Source: Histomonas meleagridis 2922-C6/04-290x (taxonomy: Eukaryota; Protista; Parabasalia). From it: a DNA stretch of 64,000 nucleotides. Both the position numbers and the translations under genes were made by a program. Shown here in pieces: positions 11,965 to 21,793 of this stretch. Below the pieces are notes generated by a model. It saw nothing but the letters and a program-made list of their open reading frames with translations, was not told where the DNA came from and did not search any database. Positions within the stretch are counted from its first letter, which is position 1; each line of letters opens with the position of its first letter. The stretch spans positions 124,001 through 188,000 of the forward strand of contig JAANOX010000238.1 in NCBI GenBank assembly GCA_020184695.1, in the 5' to 3' direction.

Positions 11965-12825
11965 ATGTCTAATCGTGGGGACGATTTCTATGCCAATGCA
12001 GAAAAGGCACTTAAGAAATTCCGAGTTTTTGATAAATCAGGCAAGTACTCAGAAGCAGGTGATTTGTTTATGAAAGCAGGAAACGCTTATAAATCTGTTC
12101 GTAATTTCGAGCGTGCTGGTGATGCTTATACACGAGCTGCTGATTGCTTCCAAGCATTGAATTCTCTTAATGAAGCCGCCTCAGCAGCTGCAGAATCCGG
12201 TAAAATGTTTGCAAAGAATCCAGAAACGACTTCAAAAGCAATTGAAGCATTCCGTTTCGCATCACAAATTTATCGCGAGAACTCAAAAGCAACAAATGCT
12301 GCACGTCTTCTTGTTGACGCTGCAAAATTATTCCAAGATAACGGTGATCTTGATAGTGCTATAGACACATTAACAGATGCTGCTCAGCTTTACGATGACG
12401 AGAACCAGCCAATTCAAGCAGCTACTCAACTTGCCATGATTGCTGATCTTCAATCCATGAAGAAAGATTGGCTCAAAGCTGCCAATTCGTACAAAGATGT
12501 TGCAGAACGCAGAATGGGTGACAGACTTACTCAGCTCGCCGCAGGTGAGTACTTCACAAAGGCAATTGCATGTCAGATGGCTGGAGATGATGCAGTTGGT
12601 GCAGAAAAAATGTTAAGAGACTTTGTTAACCTTAACCCTGGATGGGAGAGAACACGTGAGTGTGCTATGCTTCAAGCTACTCTTAAAGCTATTGATGAGA
12701 GAGATGTTGAAGCATTCCAAAATGCTCTAGCGGAATATGATCAATTTAAGAAACTCGATAATTGGATGGTCACAACCTTCACAGAAGTCAAGAAGCTGCT
12801 CGAAGGTGAGGATGACATTTGCTGA
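11965..12825 (+). CDS. NAPA: Alpha-soluble NSF attachment protein (alpha-SNAP/Sec17)
   Basis: A..KA.KK N-terminus, EAGDLFMKAGNAYK, YDQFKKLDNW C-terminal motif, 286 aa. Confidence 0.92.
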   Translation: MSNRGDDFYANAEKALKKFRVFDKSGKYSEAGDLFMKAGNAYKSVRNFERAGDAYTRAADCFQALNSLNEAASAAAESGKMFAKNPETTSKAIEAFRFASQIYRENSKATNAARLLVDAAKLFQDNGDLDSAIDTLTDAAQLYDDENQPIQAATQLAMIADLQSMKKDWLKAANSYKDVAERRMGDRLTQLAAGEYFTKAIACQMAGDDAVGAEKMLRDFVNLNPGWERTRECAMLQATLKAIDERDVEAFQNALAEYDQFKKLDNWMVTTFTEVKKLLEGEDDIC

Positions 12826-13039
12826 ATAAACAGTTTCTTTCAACCGCATCAAACTCGGAGAACGTTTAAAATACGCTCAAAATTTTTATTTTCAAATAAC
12901 AAATGATCGTCAAATTTGACAACTTTTATTAAAAGTGACAATGCGATACAAAAAAATTCATATAACATTTCAAGCTTCTTCATTTTAATGGTTATTTAAT
13001 GAATTTGGATATTCTGTTTTTAGATTCTAACTACTTAAT

Positions 13040-13280
13040 GCTTAATTCAGCATTGATATCAATTCCTTCTTGTTTAAGAAGTAATTTTGCGATTTACTTG
13101 TAACCATTTAGATGCAATTATAAACACTGTATTAAATAAATTCCAAACATTATTTTGAAATATGAGATTATTAAAATAAGTAAAAGAAATATATATCTTT
13201 ATCATTAATATCAATTTCTTTTTGATATAATATTCTAATATATATTTAACAAGCTCAATATTTGGTGATTCAATCAAACA
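13040..13280 (-). pseudogene. Ankyrin-repeat remnant carrying the same AT-rich insert as the 35.5-37.7 kb array
   Basis: Minus strand reads IDINDKD-[64-nt insert containing TTCAAAATAATGTTTGGA]-TVFIIAS...LLxQEGIDINAE, with a frameshift. Confidence 0.75.
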
Positions 13281-13449
13281 ATTTATATTTTTTATGAAAT
13301 TTCATTTTCTTTAAGAAATTCCCAGTTTTTGCTGATTCATTTAATTTTTAAAAATGCTAAAATTTCAAATACCTTTTTTCTTATGTATAACAAAATGAAT
13401 AGAGTTTTAATCATATATAATAATTAAAAAGAGTTAAAAACAAACTTTA

Positions 13450-14805
13450 TTACAAAACAAGATAATTAAAGAAATATCTGAAACATTCTTCATTCTTATC
13501 CAACATATAAAATCTTCGATTAGTTTGCCAATCATGAAAATCCCATGTATGATATTGCATCGATATTGCTCCCGCTTGAGAATTTGACGCTTGAAATATT
13601 TCGGACGATTCCTTTTCTATATAATAACCTCTTTTGCACATTCTCGACATTATTGTATATGAAAAAGTCGATCTAAATGTTAACAAGCATTGATTCGTAT
13701 ACATTAAAAACAAAATATCCACAAGCGCTGAGTTATGATCAAAATCAGGAATTTTTATCGAGTTTGTTAAAATTGTTTTTTCTTTATATACTTTTAAATA
13801 TTCTTTTTCCATTTCTTTACTGTCTGATGAAAATGCAAAGACAGTTGGCTTATTACGAAGTTTATCATTGAGAAATGGAACCATAGCTTTCATGTTTTGT
13901 TCAACGCCATATGTAAAAAAATGTCCTGGCTGATGAAACCGAATATGAATACCAAAGATTCGTACATTCTTAGGAACATCCTTGAATAATTTTTTTACAT
14001 AGTTAAGTTTGTCTTCTGGGATTTTTATAAGAAAATTACTTAAAAAATAAACTGCATGCATGCCAAAATGCTTTATGGCAAAAGTGGCAAGTTGATGTTG
14101 AACATAAATCATCGGAGAAAATACTAATGTTTGGAGATAAAGTGTTTTCCCACGATACGAATAATAATTGTTATGATACCAATGATAAAAAGTATAAAGT
14201 TCGGCTACAGCTCGATTTGAAAGAATCTTAGAAAACGTAGAATTCATATTATAAACTGGATGATGATAACCATATGCATTACCACTTTTATTTGTGGTTA
14301 TACCAGCTTCAATAAAAACTCCTTCGACAACTACAGATCGATTTGTCATCATAGCTAGAAGTAGCATGGCTACGTCCATACCAATACGATTACCAACACC
14401 ATTAGAAACATGGTTGGTTCGAATATATTCTCGTTCTTCGAGTGGAATTTTATCTATGTAATCAATATATTGTTTGATTGTTTGCCATGCATAAACTATT
14501 TGAGAACATGTGACTTCGCTCTTTGGTGAAGTACATGGAGTATAACTGCGTGACCAAGTTGGAAGACGTAATTGTTTAATGGCTTCATTAAGTTCTTCGT
14601 CTGTATATGTAAAAGGTGTAGGTTCTGGAGGTAAACGATTTTCCACTTGTTTATAATTTTTTATGATATTAATTTTTTTATATGGATTTGCAAAATATAT
14701 ATATATGTTAATAATTATTGCAATAATAATTGCAATATCAAGAAAAACTTTTGCTGTCTTCAAGATGAGGCGAGAATTTTTTCGAAGCGCCTTTGGAAGC
14801 CTCAT
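13450..14805 (-). CDS. Type II membrane glycosyltransferase, fucosyltransferase-like (GT-B, GT23/GT37-like)
   Basis: N-terminal TM; GVGNRI...LLAMMTNRS, FGIHIRF, FAFSSDS and ALVDILFL...STFSY motifs. Confidence 0.65.
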   Translation of the reverse strand: MRLPKALRKNSRLILKTAKVFLDIAIIIAIIINIYIYFANPYKKINIIKNYKQVENRLPPEPTPFTYTDEELNEAIKQLRLPTWSRSYTPCTSPKSEVTCSQIVYAWQTIKQYIDYIDKIPLEEREYIRTNHVSNGVGNRIGMDVAMLLLAMMTNRSVVVEGVFIEAGITTNKSGNAYGYHHPVYNMNSTFSKILSNRAVAELYTFYHWYHNNYYSYRGKTLYLQTLVFSPMIYVQHQLATFAIKHFGMHAVYFLSNFLIKIPEDKLNYVKKLFKDVPKNVRIFGIHIRFHQPGHFFTYGVEQNMKAMVPFLNDKLRNKPTVFAFSSDSKEMEKEYLKVYKEKTILTNSIKIPDFDHNSALVDILFLMYTNQCLLTFRSTFSYTIMSRMCKRGYYIEKESSEIFQASNSQAGAISMQYHTWDFHDWQTNRRFYMLDKNEECFRYFFNYLVL

Positions 14806-14927
14806 CTATTTTTAACCGATAATATGTAAAGTTTTCAAATTTGAATACACTTTTTTTTTTATCGGAAAACTCATCGAATGTTTTACTAAAACAAAATTAA
14901 TAAAAAAAATTATAACAATATTAATAT

Positions 14928-16076
14928 TTATTGAAACGAAGCTTTAGTTTTTGACATACGCGAATTATATAAAACAGAGTCCAGTTTTTGTCTCTCTTTT
15001 CTCATATCTTCATTTTCTTTTTTGATATGTTCTATTTCCTTCTTTATGTCGTCTATTTCTTGTTCCAATGCAATGTTATCTTGTATTGCATCTTGTAACT
15101 TATCCATCTGTGTTCGAACTTCTTCCATTTGCTCTTCTTCTCTTTGTTTCGCTCTTTCGATACATTCCTTTAGTTTCTCTATGTCTTGTTTTGTAACTTG
15201 CAATTGACTTTGATTTCTTTTCTCCATTTTAGCAGACAATTGTTGTACTCGTTGAAGTCGTTCATTTGCAGCTTTAATTTCGTTGGAGTGTTTCTCTTTT
15301 TCTTTTTGTTTACGTTGTTCCATCGAAATAATTTGTTCATTATATTGCTGCTTACGTTTTTGGAGCTCTTCACGATATTTCTCAATCTTGGATTGAAGAT
15401 CACGACGTCGAGATTCAAAGGCAAGGCTTGTTTCATCAATCTGAATCCGTGTGTTTTGAAGATCTTGATTTCGTGATGAATGTATTTCTGTGATCTCATT
15501 GTCAAGAATTTCAATTTTTGCTTGAAGTTCGGCCTCACGTTGTTGAAGCTCGATCTTGTTCTGTTGGACTGTAGTAACAGCATTTATCGCATTTTCATTT
15601 ATGGAAATCTTTTTCATTTCGAGCTGATGCTTTAAATCTGCAATTTGGGACTCTTTTTGTGCTTTAAGTGCTTCATTATGACGAGTTGTAAAGAGAGATC
15701 GTTGCTTTTGGGATTTTTCATAATCTTTTTTTAGTGATTGTATTTCTTGTTCTTGTTGTTGTTTTAACTTGGAGATTTCTTCCATTTGATCTTGACGAAG
15801 TTTGGATAATTGTGTGTCAATATCAACTTTCTTTTTTGAAACTTCTCCTTCCAGGCGTTGAATTTCTGACTCAAATAAAGAAGTTTTGGATTTAATTTCT
15901 TGGTTTAGCTTTGAAATCTTTTCTTCAACTTCATCAATTTGATTATTTAACTTTAATATTTCTGTATCAGGCATTTTTGCAACCTTACTTTCATTATTAG
16001 TTAAATTGTTTGTATTAGAGTCCGAAGTAATATCACGAGTGAGATCAATTTGGTCAAGATCTTCGGAATCACTCAT
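14928..16076 (-). CDS. Coiled-coil protein (382 aa)
   Basis: ORF with continuous heptad composition. Confidence 0.8.
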   Translation of the reverse strand: MSDSEDLDQIDLTRDITSDSNTNNLTNNESKVAKMPDTEILKLNNQIDEVEEKISKLNQEIKSKTSLFESEIQRLEGEVSKKKVDIDTQLSKLRQDQMEEISKLKQQQEQEIQSLKKDYEKSQKQRSLFTTRHNEALKAQKESQIADLKHQLEMKKISINENAINAVTTVQQNKIELQQREAELQAKIEILDNEITEIHSSRNQDLQNTRIQIDETSLAFESRRRDLQSKIEKYREELQKRKQQYNEQIISMEQRKQKEKEKHSNEIKAANERLQRVQQLSAKMEKRNQSQLQVTKQDIEKLKECIERAKQREEEQMEEVRTQMDKLQDAIQDNIALEQEIDDIKKEIEHIKKENEDMRKERQKLDSVLYNSRMSKTKASFQ

Positions 16077-16868
16077 TTTTGAAAATTAACGTACGAAAAC
16101 GGTTTTATGATCAAATTCCGATCTTTCATTTTCACAAGCACAAAGTTTTACAGTTTTATGTGTAAAATCAACGATAGAAAGATTTAGTCTCATCTTTGAA
16201 CTAACTCATTAGTTAATGAAATACTTTTTAATTTTGTGGTTATCATTTTTACTGTGTGAGTAATGAAAATTGTTATTGGATTTTCCATGTATATCTCATT
16301 GTATTTCATGTGACCTTAAGCAAAAAACCCACAAACATTAAAATATTTTGCTGAAGTTTCAATATGCAAACATAAAATGGTTAATTTTGATGAATAATTT
16401 TTTCTTTCTCACTGTTTATTTTGAATGATACCTGCAAAAAAAAGTCATATCAAGAGAATAAGATGTTTAAAGAACATTCAAAGAAGGAAGCAACACACTT
16501 CTTTTTGCTAATAATTGGTCACCGGAAAATTTCTTTTGCAGCCATAGCATTGAAAACACTCGGTTAATTGACTTTTCGTAAAATTAATCAACACAATTTT
16601 TTGTGTAAATTTTCGGAAATTACGATGATCATTCATTTTATAACGACGGTTAGGGAGGTTAAATGTTCAAAAGTGAAGTAAACCAAGCAACATTTTTCAA
16701 TGGATTGACCCACTCTGTCAATGAATTATTTTACAGTTGAATTTAGATCAATTAGTGACCATTGCTCTGAATTCTCCAACTGTTCAATTGAACTGTTATA
16801 GAAAAGTAATGGCGAAAGCTTTTATATGGTTTACAAGTATATAAATGTTGCACAAATCTGGTATTCCG

Positions 16869-19772
16869 ATGATTGCTGCAACTATTATAATTTTATTTGC
16901 AAATATTTGTCAAGAACATCTTGCTAAAGAGAGTAATTCATTAGTTGAACAAAAAATCGATGGCAATATTTTGATCGAGAAAATTGATTTACCTATCATA
17001 CAGACTTTATCAACACATTTACATAATTTTAAATATAACCATGTAAATACAATTCGTAGATCTTCAATCCAAAGCTATACAACATCAACGATATTAAAAA
17101 GTAAATATTTAAATATTAATTCTGTTACATATCGTTTATTTGGTTACAATGCTTCTGGTCTATTTAAAGATAATTTGAATATTTTGTTTACTATTTCTTT
17201 GATTATGATCTTCACTTTTTTGTATATTAATAAAATTTTTTCTAAAAAATTCCAAGAGAAATATGATTTATATAATCTCCCTTTCTTTTTGTTTTGCTCT
17301 TGTTCATTACAAACACTAATCAATGAAGATAGTCTTTATATATCTATGACTACTGAATTTACAAATCAGTATAAAAATATAACGAAAACCCTAATCATTG
17401 AAGGTGAAATTGTCACAATTCCATCACGTACTTTTTCACAGTGGCCTTTATTAACTCGTGTTGAAATTGGAGGACAAGTTGAGACAATCGAGACATATGC
17501 ATTTGAAGCATGTAGTCAACTACAAACAGTTTCACTTGGAACTAGTGTTTTAACTATTGATAGTTATTCATTTTCATCATGTACGTCATTAAAATCCATT
17601 CTTATACCAAGTGGAGTTACCACAATTGGATCAAATGTATTTTCATCATGTACTAATCTTGTCTCCATTTCTGTCGTAACATCAAATCAAAATTATGCTA
17701 ATGATGATAATGGCATATTATATAACAAAGATTTAACACAACTTATTTGTTATCCGATTGGAATACAAAGTCAAACATTTACACTTCCAACCACTGTAAA
17801 TTCTATTGCAGAATATGCATTTCGTTATTGTTCATATTTAACAACAGTTACAATTGGAAATAATGTTAATACCATTAATGATCATGCATTTGAATACTGT
17901 ACATCAATAAGCTCAATTACAATTCCTGGGTCAATTACATTATTTGGTTCTAATATATTTTATATGTGTACAGGTCTTCAAACAATTGTTTTCGAAGAAG
18001 GTTTAACAGAAATTGGTTCATATATGTTTCAATCATGTTCGAATATAAAAACAGTTGAAATTCCAAGTTCACTTCAATCGATTGCATCTAATCCATTTTA
18101 TGATTGTAATCAACTTGAGTCCATTAATGTTAATTCTAACAATGTATATTTCTCTAATAATAATGACGATGGAGTACTTTATAATAAAGGCAAAACAGAA
18201 CTTATAATTTATCCAGTCGGAAGACAAGCAACTTCATATACAATACCTGATACAGTTATTACAATTCGTTCATATGCATTTGTTTCAAGTTCTAAATTAG
18301 AAACAATTATATTTGGACAAAAGGTTGAAACTATTGGAGTCTCAGCATTTCAATCATCAAAGAAATTTACTAATATTATAATTCCTGATTCAGTTACCAC
18401 CATTGAAGCTTCTGCATTTTTCTTATGTTCTGATTTACATTCAATAACATTTGGAAGAAACTTAAAAACTATTGGTGATTCAGCATTTCGATTTTGTTCA
18501 AATCTAGAATGTATTTACTTTACTGGTGATTCTTCACCAGACGTTGGGACTAATGCATTTTCATCGATTGGAATTTCTGCAACTTCTGTAATAACACTTC
18601 CATCATATAAAGAAAATTATTTTGGTAATTTACCTGCATCAATGTATCCAGTTGGGGAATGTGAACCACTTCCAACACTTACATTTACTCAATCAAATAC
18701 ATTTACAAAGTCAAATACATTCTCGAATACTTTTACTCAATCAAATACTTTTAGTCAATCAAACACATTTAGTCAATCAAACACATTCACTAAATCGAAT
18801 CCATTTACTCAATCAAACACATTCACTCAGTCAAATACTTTTAGTCAATCAAACACATTTTCACAGTCAAACACGTTTTCACAATCAAATACATTCTCAG
18901 ACACATTTACAGCATCAGAGACATTTTCGAATACATTTACTCAATCTAATTCATTTAGTCAATCAAACACATTTTCAGAGTCAAATACATTCTCTAATAC
19001 CTTTACAAAATCGAATACTTTTAGTCAATCTAACACATATTCTCAATCGAATACTTTTAGTCAATCGAATACATATTCTCAATCAAATACATTTACTCAA
19101 TCAAATACATTTACTCAATCAAATACATTTACTCAATCAAATACATATACACAGTCGAATACATATACACAATCTAACACTTATACTCAATCGAATACAT
19201 TAACGAGATCGAACACATTTCCTAAATCAAATGTATTTACTCGATCGAACACATACACTCAAAGTAATGTATTTACATTATCGAATACATTTACTGAATC
19301 ATTACCACCCGATGTAACAGTCACTAATTCGATTGTACATGTTATTTCTGAAACTAACACAAGAGTGCATAGTGTATTTGCAACAAATTCATACACTTAT
19401 ACATATTTCAATTCAGGTTACACATTTATATTGGCCGACTTTCAAATTGATATGACTACAATGTCATTAATCACAACATATTATAGTTTTTATTCAGAAT
19501 TAATAACACAAGTGGATCAACATGAAAAAGAAAACTCAACAAATGTTGGACTTATTGTTGGTATTGTTATCGCTGCTGTTGTTATAGTCGCAGCACTTAT
19601 CATCGCATTGTTATATATAAGGAATAAAAAGACAATAGTAGAAGAAAAAGTGGTAAATGATGAAGTAGAAGAAAAAATGGTCGACTTCAGGACAGGCTTC
19701 CAAAATGAAGACCTCGATGAAGACCCATTTGCAACGGATTTTGTGGAAGATAATAAAATCGTCAAAATTTAA
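16869..19772 (+). CDS. BspA-like TpLRR surface protein with Thr/Ser stalk, TM helix and acidic DPF tail
   Basis: Signal-like MIAATIIILF at ATG 16869; TpLRR repeats (TIGSNVFSSCTNLVSI); (TFTQSN)n stalk; TM GLIVGIVIAAVVIVAALIIALLY; tail DEDPFATDF. Confidence 0.9.
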   Translation: MIAATIIILFANICQEHLAKESNSLVEQKIDGNILIEKIDLPIIQTLSTHLHNFKYNHVNTIRRSSIQSYTTSTILKSKYLNINSVTYRLFGYNASGLFKDNLNILFTISLIMIFTFLYINKIFSKKFQEKYDLYNLPFFLFCSCSLQTLINEDSLYISMTTEFTNQYKNITKTLIIEGEIVTIPSRTFSQWPLLTRVEIGGQVETIETYAFEACSQLQTVSLGTSVLTIDSYSFSSCTSLKSILIPSGVTTIGSNVFSSCTNLVSISVVTSNQNYANDDNGILYNKDLTQLICYPIGIQSQTFTLPTTVNSIAEYAFRYCSYLTTVTIGNNVNTINDHAFEYCTSISSITIPGSITLFGSNIFYMCTGLQTIVFEEGLTEIGSYMFQSCSNIKTVEIPSSLQSIASNPFYDCNQLESINVNSNNVYFSNNNDDGVLYNKGKTELIIYPVGRQATSYTIPDTVITIRSYAFVSSSKLETIIFGQKVETIGVSAFQSSKKFTNIIIPDSVTTIEASAFFLCSDLHSITFGRNLKTIGDSAFRFCSNLECIYFTGDSSPDVGTNAFSSIGISATSVITLPSYKENYFGNLPASMYPVGECEPLPTLTFTQSNTFTKSNTFSNTFTQSNTFSQSNTFSQSNTFTKSNPFTQSNTFTQSNTFSQSNTFSQSNTFSQSNTFSDTFTASETFSNTFTQSNSFSQSNTFSESNTFSNTFTKSNTFSQSNTYSQSNTFSQSNTYSQSNTFTQSNTFTQSNTFTQSNTYTQSNTYTQSNTYTQSNTLTRSNTFPKSNVFTRSNTYTQSNVFTLSNTFTESLPPDVTVTNSIVHVISETNTRVHSVFATNSYTYTYFNSGYTFILADFQIDMTTMSLITTYYSFYSELITQVDQHEKENSTNVGLIVGIVIAAVVIVAALIIALLYIRNKKTIVEEKVVNDEVEEKMVDFRTGFQNEDLDEDPFATDFVEDNKIVKI
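18680..19295 (+). repeat. 18-bp coding tandem repeat (TFTQSN hexapeptide stalk)
   Basis: About 30 degenerate copies of ACATTTACTCAATCAAAT. Confidence 0.9.
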
Positions 19773-20282
19773 TAAATTACAGATATAAATTACAGAAACG
19801 TAATTTTGCGAACTATTTTGAATATGAGTTATATTACAAAAAAGTTCGAATTAAGTAAAAAATCAACAAAAAAAATTTTTTTTTCGAATTAGAAATTGAT
19901 ATTTTTAAAAAATTTATAATGATAATGATGAAACATAACACTTAGTTCGGTGCATTCAGTTTCGTAAGGAAATTAATGGAATGACCAAAAATTATGTATT
20001 AGTCTGAAATCCAACATTATTAATAATAATATTAATTTCATATTCGTCAAAAAGAAATTTAACTACTTTAATATGATTATTCTATATGCAATAGATTGTG
20101 TTATTTTAAATAATTTCCAAATTTTATTATGAAATATCAAATAAGAAAATAAGTATCTTCTGCATTAAAATCAATTCAATAATTAAATAAAATAAGATAT
20201 TAAATAAGAAAAGAAGCTCAATTTAGTAACACAATTAATAACTTAATATTTATATTATATAAAATAAAAAAACATTTCGATT

Positions 20283-21605
20283 TTATTTATTTTCTTCTAT
20301 TAATTCAGCCAAATGCCTTTGAAAATCGATCAAATTGTTATCTCCTTCGTACGCGATTATATTTGCCAGCACATTTATCACATCGTTTTCATTAATTTTG
20401 TGGATAATTCTCAAGAAGCACTCGTCGTTATATTGTGCCGAGTTAATTATTCCATTTACAACAGGCACAATTATTTTATAATCACTAAACCCTTCCAAAT
20501 AATCAAACAACAAATTCAAAAACGTTTCGTCGCAAAACTTTTCGACAATTTCATAATTTATCTCTCCGATTATCTCTCCCAACAAAATAATTCCGAATCT
20601 TTTCACTTCCATAGCAGACGAGTTAATTATGTGATATAAATGTTCCATAAATTCGAACGTGTTTACGATTGTCATGTCCAAAATCCCTTTTTTATAAAGA
20701 TTCCTCAATACGGAAATTCCATTCTTTTGTACATTCGCTTGTTGTACAAACTCATGTACAATCTCTATAATTAATAACGGATGAATGTTCATGCGAATAT
20801 ATGCAAGAAGATCACTTGCGTTGTCGATTTCTGGAATCGAAATTCGAAGAAATTGGAAAAATGGAATTAAAAATTTCGGATTTTTCGATGGGACAAATTC
20901 GGAAAGTTTGAAAAATAAATTATCTTCTAAAGTAGAAATTTTGGGATGATCAATGATTAAAATGACATTCTCTGGATTCGTTTTAACAAGATAATAACAT
21001 AGCCATGCAAGACGTGGATAAAAATCATCAATATTGAAATTACGTTCCATGATCAAATTGATGATGTTAAATGAAACTTCAGTGTCAATACAATATTGTG
21101 AACATGTAAGATAAATGTTAAGGATATAATCAAACGGAATTGATGAATTGGAAATAACATTGATCGGAAAAGTTCGAAGAAGAGTTGGATCTCTGGAAAG
21201 AATTTCTTTCATAAGATGAATAAGAGTAAACGTAAGTGGCTCAGCGGCTTCTTGAAATCGACTATTATTAAGATGATCTATAAGAATGTCAAATAATCCT
21301 AAGTCAACAAGTTTCTGTGTGTTTTGTTGTCCATTAGTAAAGAAGGAAAGGATTTTAAAAACCTCATATGAAAAATCTGGAGGTGGATTTTTAGCCAATT
21401 CAATCAAAAATATCTCATCTGAATTTGGAAGGCATTCATCATATTTAATATTTGTATTTTCATATTGAGAAATTAAATCAGCAAAATATTTGAGTTCTTT
21501 TTGGTCATCAATAATTTTCTTATAATAATGCTTTATTTCATCTTCTGGTTTAGTCTCTTTCAAATAAATAGGATCATCAAGTAATATATGATAAAACTTG
21601 TTCAA
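20283..21605 (-). CDS. ARM/HEAT-like helical hypothetical protein; start uncertain
   Basis: 440-codon open frame; no in-frame ATG in the first ~131 codons. Confidence 0.65.
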   Translation of the reverse strand: MNKFYHILLDDPIYLKETKPEDEIKHYYKKIIDDQKELKYFADLISQYENTNIKYDECLPNSDEIFLIELAKNPPPDFSYEVFKILSFFTNGQQNTQKLVDLGLFDILIDHLNNSRFQEAAEPLTFTLIHLMKEILSRDPTLLRTFPINVISNSSIPFDYILNIYLTCSQYCIDTEVSFNIINLIMERNFNIDDFYPRLAWLCYYLVKTNPENVILIIDHPKISTLEDNLFFKLSEFVPSKNPKFLIPFFQFLRISIPEIDNASDLLAYIRMNIHPLLIIEIVHEFVQQANVQKNGISVLRNLYKKGILDMTIVNTFEFMEHLYHIINSSAMEVKRFGIILLGEIIGEINYEIVEKFCDETFLNLLFDYLEGFSDYKIIVPVVNGIINSAQYNDECFLRIIHKINENDVINVLANIIAYEGDNNLIDFQRHLAELIEENK

Positions 21606-21793
21606 GTTATTTGTATTTTAACGGTCGACAAGATATGATAATAACCGCCGTTTATTTAACCGCCATTACGATCATATTCGATTCAAAAATAATAATAACC
21701 AATTGAAGTGTAAAACACGTTGTCAGTTTTTGGTTGAATACGACTTATTTTATATTTTTTGCGGTTTTTCGGTTCCTATTCAAATAATTCAAA

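Noticed and set aside
18622-19203. 193-aa HLLNQI repeat ORF
   Set aside because: Alternate frame of the BspA TFTQSN repeat
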